Shown here: positions 59,418 to 64,000 of the stretch, in pieces | Position numbering within the stretch: the first letter of the stretch is position 1 | Layout: each line of letters starts with the position of its first letter | DNA from: Treponemataceae bacterium | Lineage (GTDB): Bacteria > Spirochaetota > Spirochaetia > Treponematales > Rectinemataceae | Direction: 5' to 3' | Length of the DNA stretch: 64,000 nt | NCBI GenBank assembly: GCA_963667725.2 | Contig: CAXXHO010000007.1 | Location: 1-64,000, forward strand | Position numbers and translations under genes: made by a program | The notes under the pieces: model-generated | What the model saw: the letters and a program-made list of their open reading frames with translations, nothing else | Told to the model about the DNA's origin: nothing | Database searches by the model: none

Positions 59418-59726
59418 TTATAGAATCTGAAGATAGTTGCGCTTACCGTAAATGAATCGATGGATCTGGACTTCGTTTTCAACAATCACATAGAAAAGGA
59501 GAAAGTTATCTATCGGGATCATGTGGTACCCTAGTTGATTCAAGTATGGATCCTTTACTAATGGGTAAATCAAAAGATTGTTTTCTAATCGATCAATGGC
59601 TTCAGAGAACTTGTTGAATAAAGAAGCTGGAGAGGTTTTTAGTATTTGTTCAAAGTATTCTTTAATGTCATAGAGATCATGTTCAGCTGTCGGATAGATG
59701 AGAACAGAATACCTCTGCTTACTCAT
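59418..59726 (-). CDS. Cassette 28: ParE/RelE-family toxin (inverted)
   Basis: AEHDLYDI, FLLFY, IHRFIYGKRN. Confidence 0.82.
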   Translation of the reverse strand: MSKQRYSVLIYPTAEHDLYDIKEYFEQILKTSPASLFNKFSEAIDRLENNLLIYPLVKDPYLNQLGYHMIPIDNFLLFYVIVENEVQIHRFIYGKRNYLQIL

Positions 59727-59980
59727 GATACTAAGAGCCCATTTATGACATCATGAGCATTTTTCCCTTTAGCATCTTTCTTGATCTCCTCGCGGGCTTC
59801 ATTAAGCTTTTGGTAGAGCTCAAGTTTTGCGAGCTGTTGATCATAGTACTCGAGAGACATTACAACGAGATCACCAATACCGTTTTTAGTGAGAAATACT
59901 GGTTCACTATCCGAATGTGCAATCTCGGAGATAGATGTGAAGTTGTTTCGAAGATCGGAAATCGGACGAATAATGGGCAT
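59723..59980 (-). CDS. Cassette 28: Phd/YefM-family antitoxin (inverted)
   Basis: IRPISDLRNN, EPVFLTKNG, VVMS. Confidence 0.88.
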   Translation of the reverse strand: MPIIRPISDLRNNFTSISEIAHSDSEPVFLTKNGIGDLVVMSLEYYDQQLAKLELYQKLNEAREEIKKDAKGKNAHDVINGLLVS

Positions 59981-59998
59981 GGGATCCTCCTAAAAGAT

Positions 59999-60027
59999 AG
60001 TATAATGATACTATAATGATAAGTCAA
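59999..60027 (-). promoter_or_regulatory. TA promoter
   Basis: TTGACT-N17-TATACT on minus strand. Confidence 0.75.
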
Positions 60028-60094
60028 GAAGATAAAGCCAGTAGATAGTATTGATATATAGTTACTTCTAAAAGAATTAGCTGTTAAAAGATAC

Positions 60095-60227
60095 GGCTAA
60101 CACATGCTTCAGCCTGATAATTGCTTTTATCACACTTTTTGCAGTCGTCGCTTCGCTCCTTAGCAAAAAGTGCGCCAATCCTTCGCTTCGCTCAGGCATG
60201 GATTTAAAGCTTAAGCTAATGTTAGGT
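60095..60227 (+). repeat. attC 28 (chimeric arms)
   Basis: GGCTAAC...GTTAGGT. Confidence 0.85.
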
Positions 60228-60256
60228 GGACGCGCTTAACGCGCGCTACAAGGAAA

Positions 60257-60916
60257 GTGAGTATGATCAAGAATAAGGCAATTATACTAGCAACTAGAAT
60301 ATCCTCATTCATTGTTGTCTTATTGGGCATCATCTCCATAGGTGGCGGGTTCAAAGGAAAATGGAACTGGTCATTATTCATGTACTATACCGTGCAAAGC
60401 AATACTCTCGTGCTGCTGATGTTTGGCTATTTGATTGTTAGGACGATTATAAGCATTAAGAACAAATCTGATCTCATAACCAAAACCAAAGACTTCGAAA
60501 TGGTCTGCATGGTAGACATATTTTTGACCTTCTTTGTGTATTGGACAATGTTGGCGCCGAAAATGACCTCACTGTGGGAGTTTTCAAACATTACCGTTCA
60601 TGGCGTAACGCCATTACTATGCATTATTGACTACATTCTTTATTATCAAAATAGTAGGTTAAAGTATCGAACTGTTTATTATGCCCTTATCTATCCGTTG
60701 CTCTATATAGTTTCCAATTCAATCGTGGGTTTACTTGGATATATCTATTACTATGATAGAACAGGTAGGCCTGTACATTTCCCTTACTTTTTTATGGATT
60801 ATGACAGGTTGGGGATCAAAACCATACCTTATATAGCTGGGTTAGTCGTGTTCATGGTTTGCATGAGTCATATAGTCTATGGTATTGATAAACGTATACT
60901 GAAGAAAAAGAGATAA
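60257..60916 (+). CDS. Cassette 29: Pr6Pr-like membrane protein
   Basis: YYTVQSN, VHGVTP, YPLLY, FPYFF. Confidence 0.75.
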   Translation: MSMIKNKAIILATRISSFIVVLLGIISIGGGFKGKWNWSLFMYYTVQSNTLVLLMFGYLIVRTIISIKNKSDLITKTKDFEMVCMVDIFLTFFVYWTMLAPKMTSLWEFSNITVHGVTPLLCIIDYILYYQNSRLKYRTVYYALIYPLLYIVSNSIVGLLGYIYYYDRTGRPVHFPYFFMDYDRLGIKTIPYIAGLVVFMVCMSHIVYGIDKRILKKKR

Positions 60917-60931
60917 TGAAGTAATAGTAGC

Positions 60932-61058
60932 ATCTAGCACCTGCTTCAACCCGATAATTGCTTTTGGCGCAATTCTTGCAGTCGCTGCGCTCGGCAAGAA
61001 CTGCGCCAAGCCTTTGCTTCGCTCAGGCGCGGATTTAAAGGTTAAGCCAATGTTAGGT
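60932..61058 (+). repeat. attC 29 (R'' mutated, chimeric)
   Basis: ATCTAGC...GTTAGGT. Confidence 0.8.
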
Positions 61059-61124
61059 GGACGCGCTAAGGCGCGCCAAGCAAGATACTGAATAGTTGAG
61101 CTATTGATGCATAGGAGTATAATC

Positions 61125-61766
61125 ATGTCGGATTACTCAAAAAGTGCATTGGAGATCTTGCGCAATCCTCAGAAGACAATGCAATGGTACATTATCCCGA
61201 TCTTTGTAATTGTCTTATACATATATTATAAAGAGTTACATGATAAGCACTACAATGTAGTATTAGGGGCATTTGCTTTATGGGGAATGGACCTCTTTAA
61301 CGAGATATGGAATAGCATTGTTTTTCATGCAACGGGGTTTGCTCCAGTGTGGGGCACTCCTGGCGGAGTAGGGAATACTTCATTATTGCTCTTGATTGGC
61401 TACAATATAGAAATATCGCTTATGTTCGCTGTTATGGGGATCGCCGTATGCTTAAGCTTGCCTAAAGACAAGACAAAGAAGATATTGGGGATCAATAATA
61501 GAATATTTTTAGGAATAGGGTTTACTACCGTAGCGGTGCTTGTCGAATGCTTTTTAAATTATGCTGGTTTATTGACGTGGGAATATCCTTGGTGGAGCAG
61601 GCAGGCGCCATGGCTTGTATGGCTTATAGGGTATGCTCCATTCTTTACGATGGCATTTATTGTCCATGATATGAAGAAACGCAAGAATCAAATACTTACT
61701 TTAGGTATAATACTGGGCATTGATATCATTGCATTAATTGTATTTGGAAGTATTGGTTGGATGTAA
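61125..61766 (+). CDS. Cassette 30: multi-pass membrane protein
   Basis: About 6 TM segments; AGGAG RBS. Confidence 0.75.
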   Translation: MSDYSKSALEILRNPQKTMQWYIIPIFVIVLYIYYKELHDKHYNVVLGAFALWGMDLFNEIWNSIVFHATGFAPVWGTPGGVGNTSLLLLIGYNIEISLMFAVMGIAVCLSLPKDKTKKILGINNRIFLGIGFTTVAVLVECFLNYAGLLTWEYPWWSRQAPWLVWLIGYAPFFTMAFIVHDMKKRKNQILTLGIILGIDIIALIVFGSIGWM

Positions 61767-61778
61767 TAGAGAAGAAGC

Positions 61779-61908
61779 TTCTATCAATCGCTTCAATCCA
61801 ACTCGGCTACTGTCACGGTTTGTGCAAGGCCGCTTGGCTCCCAGCACAAACCACGCCAAGTTTTCGCTTCGCGCAGGCTCGGATTTAAAGGTTAAGCTAA
61901 TGATAGAC
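61779..61908 (+). repeat. attC 30 (both core triplets altered)
   Basis: TTCTATC...GATAGAC. Confidence 0.75.
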
Positions 61909-61940
61909 AAACGCGCTTCGCGCAGAGGAAAGATCTTCAC

Positions 61941-62384
61941 ATGAGAGTATGGTCATTGCACCCCAAATACCTAGATGCAAAAGGCATCGTCGCGGCGTGG
62001 AGAGAAGGGCTATTGGCAAAAAAGGTGCTAGAGGGAAGAACAAACGGATACAGAAACCATCCTCAGCTATGCCGATTCAAAGAGTGTAAAGACCCTGTTG
62101 AAGCAATAACTGCATATCTGCAGCATGTGTATAGTGAATCCCTTGTACGGGGCTATCGATTCAATGGAGACAAAATAGGTCCACATAGAGAATGTACGGA
62201 AATGATGATAGAAGTGACAGACGGGCAAATTGCATATGAGTATCGCTTGTTGCTGCATAAACTGAAGGCAAGAGATCCAACTAAATATAATCGGATAAAG
62301 AACATAAAGGACATTGAAGTAAACGGGATATTCAAGGTGATTGAAGGTGGGATTTGTGAATGGGAGAAAATGAAAGAACTATAG
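61941..62384 (+). CDS. Cassette 31: pyrimidine-dimer DNA glycosylase/endonuclease V-like
   Basis: MRVWSLHPKYLD, WREGLLA, GYRNHPQL, RGYRF. Confidence 0.8.
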   Translation: MRVWSLHPKYLDAKGIVAAWREGLLAKKVLEGRTNGYRNHPQLCRFKECKDPVEAITAYLQHVYSESLVRGYRFNGDKIGPHRECTEMMIEVTDGQIAYEYRLLLHKLKARDPTKYNRIKNIKDIEVNGIFKVIEGGICEWEKMKEL

Positions 62385-62463
62385 GTTCACTATCCGAATG
62401 GGCAATCTCGGAGATAGTTGTGAAGTTGTTTCGAAGATCAGAAATCGGATAAAAAAGAAGAAC

Positions 62464-62537
62464 GGCCAACTCCTGCTTCAGCTTGATAATTGCTTTTGTC
62501 ACAGTTCTTGCAGTCGCTGAGCTCGAGAAGAATTGCC
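62464..62537 (+). repeat. Truncated attC (left part only)
   Basis: GGCCAAC..GCTTCAGC..TAATTGCTTTTGTCACAGTTCTTGC; no L'/R' boxes. Confidence 0.7.
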
Positions 62538-62554
62538 TACCTAAAGGATAAGCG

Positions 62555-63070
62555 ATGAATGTATCATTCCAGCTACTTAAGAAACCTACAAACGAAATAA
62601 TTGAAAAAATGGTTATATGGAATAATGATCCAAGCCTAAGGCCTCTTATTAGACCGAATAAATGTGAAGCAGATCTAGAAAAAATAATGACCACTTCTGA
62701 AATTGAATCGGGAATGAAGCACAGTATTACGCATATAATAAAAATTGACAAAGAAGTGGTTGGAGAAATAGGATATCAGATAGAACCACCTCAGTTGTTT
62801 AAGAAAGAAAAAGGAACCGTATGGATATCTATCATAATAGGAGAACAAGCAGCCCATGGCAAAGGTATTGGAACTGAAGCGATGGAGTATATAGAAAAAG
62901 TAATAAAAAAAGAAGGCTTTAGTAGGATTGAACTAGGAGTATTTGAGTTTAACAAGGTAGCACTAGGACTCTATCAAAAGATGGGATATAAGGAGATAGG
63001 AAGAGTGAAAGAATTCACCTATTGGAATGGAAAGATGTGGCAAGATATAAGAATGGAAAAGAACATTTGA
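62555..63070 (+). CDS. Cassette 32: GNAT acetyltransferase
   Basis: HGKGIGTEA, NKVALGLYQKMGY. Confidence 0.85.
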   Translation: MNVSFQLLKKPTNEIIEKMVIWNNDPSLRPLIRPNKCEADLEKIMTTSEIESGMKHSITHIIKIDKEVVGEIGYQIEPPQLFKKEKGTVWISIIIGEQAAHGKGIGTEAMEYIEKVIKKEGFSRIELGVFEFNKVALGLYQKMGYKEIGRVKEFTYWNGKMWQDIRMEKNI

Positions 63071-63085
63071 ACGAGGAATGAATAT

Positions 63086-63199
63086 TTCTAACACTCGTTT
63101 CAACCTGACTCGGCCACTGTCAAGGTTTGTGCTGCTCACTTCGTTCGCAAGCCACGAATCGCGCCTATTGACGCCTCGCAGGTTAGACGTATGTTAGAA
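63086..63199 (+). repeat. attC 32
   Basis: TTCTAAC...GTTAGAA. Confidence 0.85.
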
Positions 63200-63245
63200 C
63201 GGCGCCTCCGGCGCCGGATCTTAAGAATCTATATTGGAGTGCAAT

Positions 63246-63779
63246 ATGCATATCAAGAAAATTATTGGCGACAAATGCTATCTTTCTCCCATCGATCTCG
63301 AAGACATCAATCTCTATCTAGAATGGCTCAACTCAGAGGATGTTTACAAATACCTCCTTGTAGGAACAAGCGTGCTTACGTATGAGACTGAAAAAGAAGT
63401 GTTGCTTAAGCTTTCTAAAGAACATGTGTATGGCATTATTGATAAGGAGACTGATAAACTACTAGGCAATGTTGGGCTAATGAGTGTCAATCACATTCAT
63501 AAAACGGCAGAAGTAGGAATATTTATTGGGAATCAAGAGTATTGGGGCAAAGGCTATGGAACTGAAGCTTTGAAGCTTCTTGTAGATTATGCCTTTCGAA
63601 TATTAGGGCTAGAGAACATTATGTTGAAGACCTATGATTATAATGTGAGAGCACAAAAGAGTTATAAGAAAGTAGGTTTTAAGGTTATGGGTGTGAGAAG
63701 AAGCTCTCATTACTATAATAATGAACGACATGATGATATTTATATGGATGTAGTAAAAGAAGACTTTTATCGTCAATAA
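63246..63779 (+). CDS. Cassette 33: GNAT, diverged paralogue of cassette 19
   Basis: Near-identical protein, many synonymous changes. Confidence 0.88.
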   Translation: MHIKKIIGDKCYLSPIDLEDINLYLEWLNSEDVYKYLLVGTSVLTYETEKEVLLKLSKEHVYGIIDKETDKLLGNVGLMSVNHIHKTAEVGIFIGNQEYWGKGYGTEALKLLVDYAFRILGLENIMLKTYDYNVRAQKSYKKVGFKVMGVRRSSHYYNNERHDDIYMDVVKEDFYRQ

Positions 63780-63884
63780 GAAGCGGCAATGCAGTATAGA
63801 CCTTAGCTGCAAGGTAATTGATGAAGAGAATTATTTATGTTTAATAGCGCATTAAGCTTAAACGTGTGTTGAAAGGGGGTGAAT

Positions 63885-64000
63885 ATGCTAATTACATTGA
63901 TAATTGTCGGCGGAATCACAATAATATCTATAGCAGGTATTATTGGAGAAAGTTTAAGCAAGTCGAAAAAATCTACGTCATCAATAGATGCTAAAGAGAT
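63885..64000 (+). CDS. Partial ORF with N-terminal TM helix
   Basis: GGGGGT RBS; MLITLIIVGGITIISIAGIIG; runs off window. Confidence 0.55.
   Translation, partial: MLITLIIVGGITIISIAGIIGESLSKSKKSTSSIDAKE

Larger units (their letters stand above)
36700..64000 (+). mobile_element. Chromosomal integron: intI plus array of ~33 cassettes
   Basis: IntI followed by recurring ~105-140-bp attC palindromes flanking short AT-rich ORFs. Confidence 0.95.

Noticed and set aside
38580..63199. CRISPR array or REP/MITE reading of the recurring repeats
   Set aside because: Repeats are 105-140-bp imperfect palindromes with R/L boxes, separated by whole genes and next to intI; no cas genes
39921..63385. Short ORFs sharing 'NISLTFKSAPE...CTNH' peptides
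   Set aside because: They are translations of attC repeats, not a protein family
42111..63779. Calling the GNAT cassettes antibiotic-resistance genes
   Set aside because: Only generic GNAT motifs are visible; none can be recognised as a named aac family

Overview
Two very different halves. 1-36.5 kb is a GC-rich chromosomal backbone from an anaerobe, probably a spirochaete (inferred, not proven). It carries a partial modA, a PadR regulator, PfkB kinases, a zinc-peptidase lipoprotein, two Fe-ADHs, a fucI/fucU sugar operon, Zn/Mn ABC and Feo operons each with its own Fur-family gene, an amino-acid ABC transporter, a flavocytochrome c, ferredoxin-AOR and a MATE pump. 36.7-64 kb is a chromosomal integron. 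intI (36700-37992) has an unusual N-terminal extension and points in the same direction as its AT-rich array. The array has about 33 cassettes separated by 31 full-length attC sites and one truncated one, and may continue past the window. Cargo includes GNATs, NUDIX hydrolases, methyltransferases, six toxin-antitoxin pairs and defence-like proteins. The strongest novelty candidate is a ~535-bp gene-less cassette present three times (array positions 1, 2 and 7) that folds into a conserved ~225-nt rod with repeated GA-rich internal loops, suggesting a cassette-borne structured RNA. A second is a covarying mini-hairpin at a near-fixed offset after the crossover in 24 cassettes. The distal array shows chimeric and decayed attC sites. 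All calls come from reading motifs by eye; no searches or folding programs were run.
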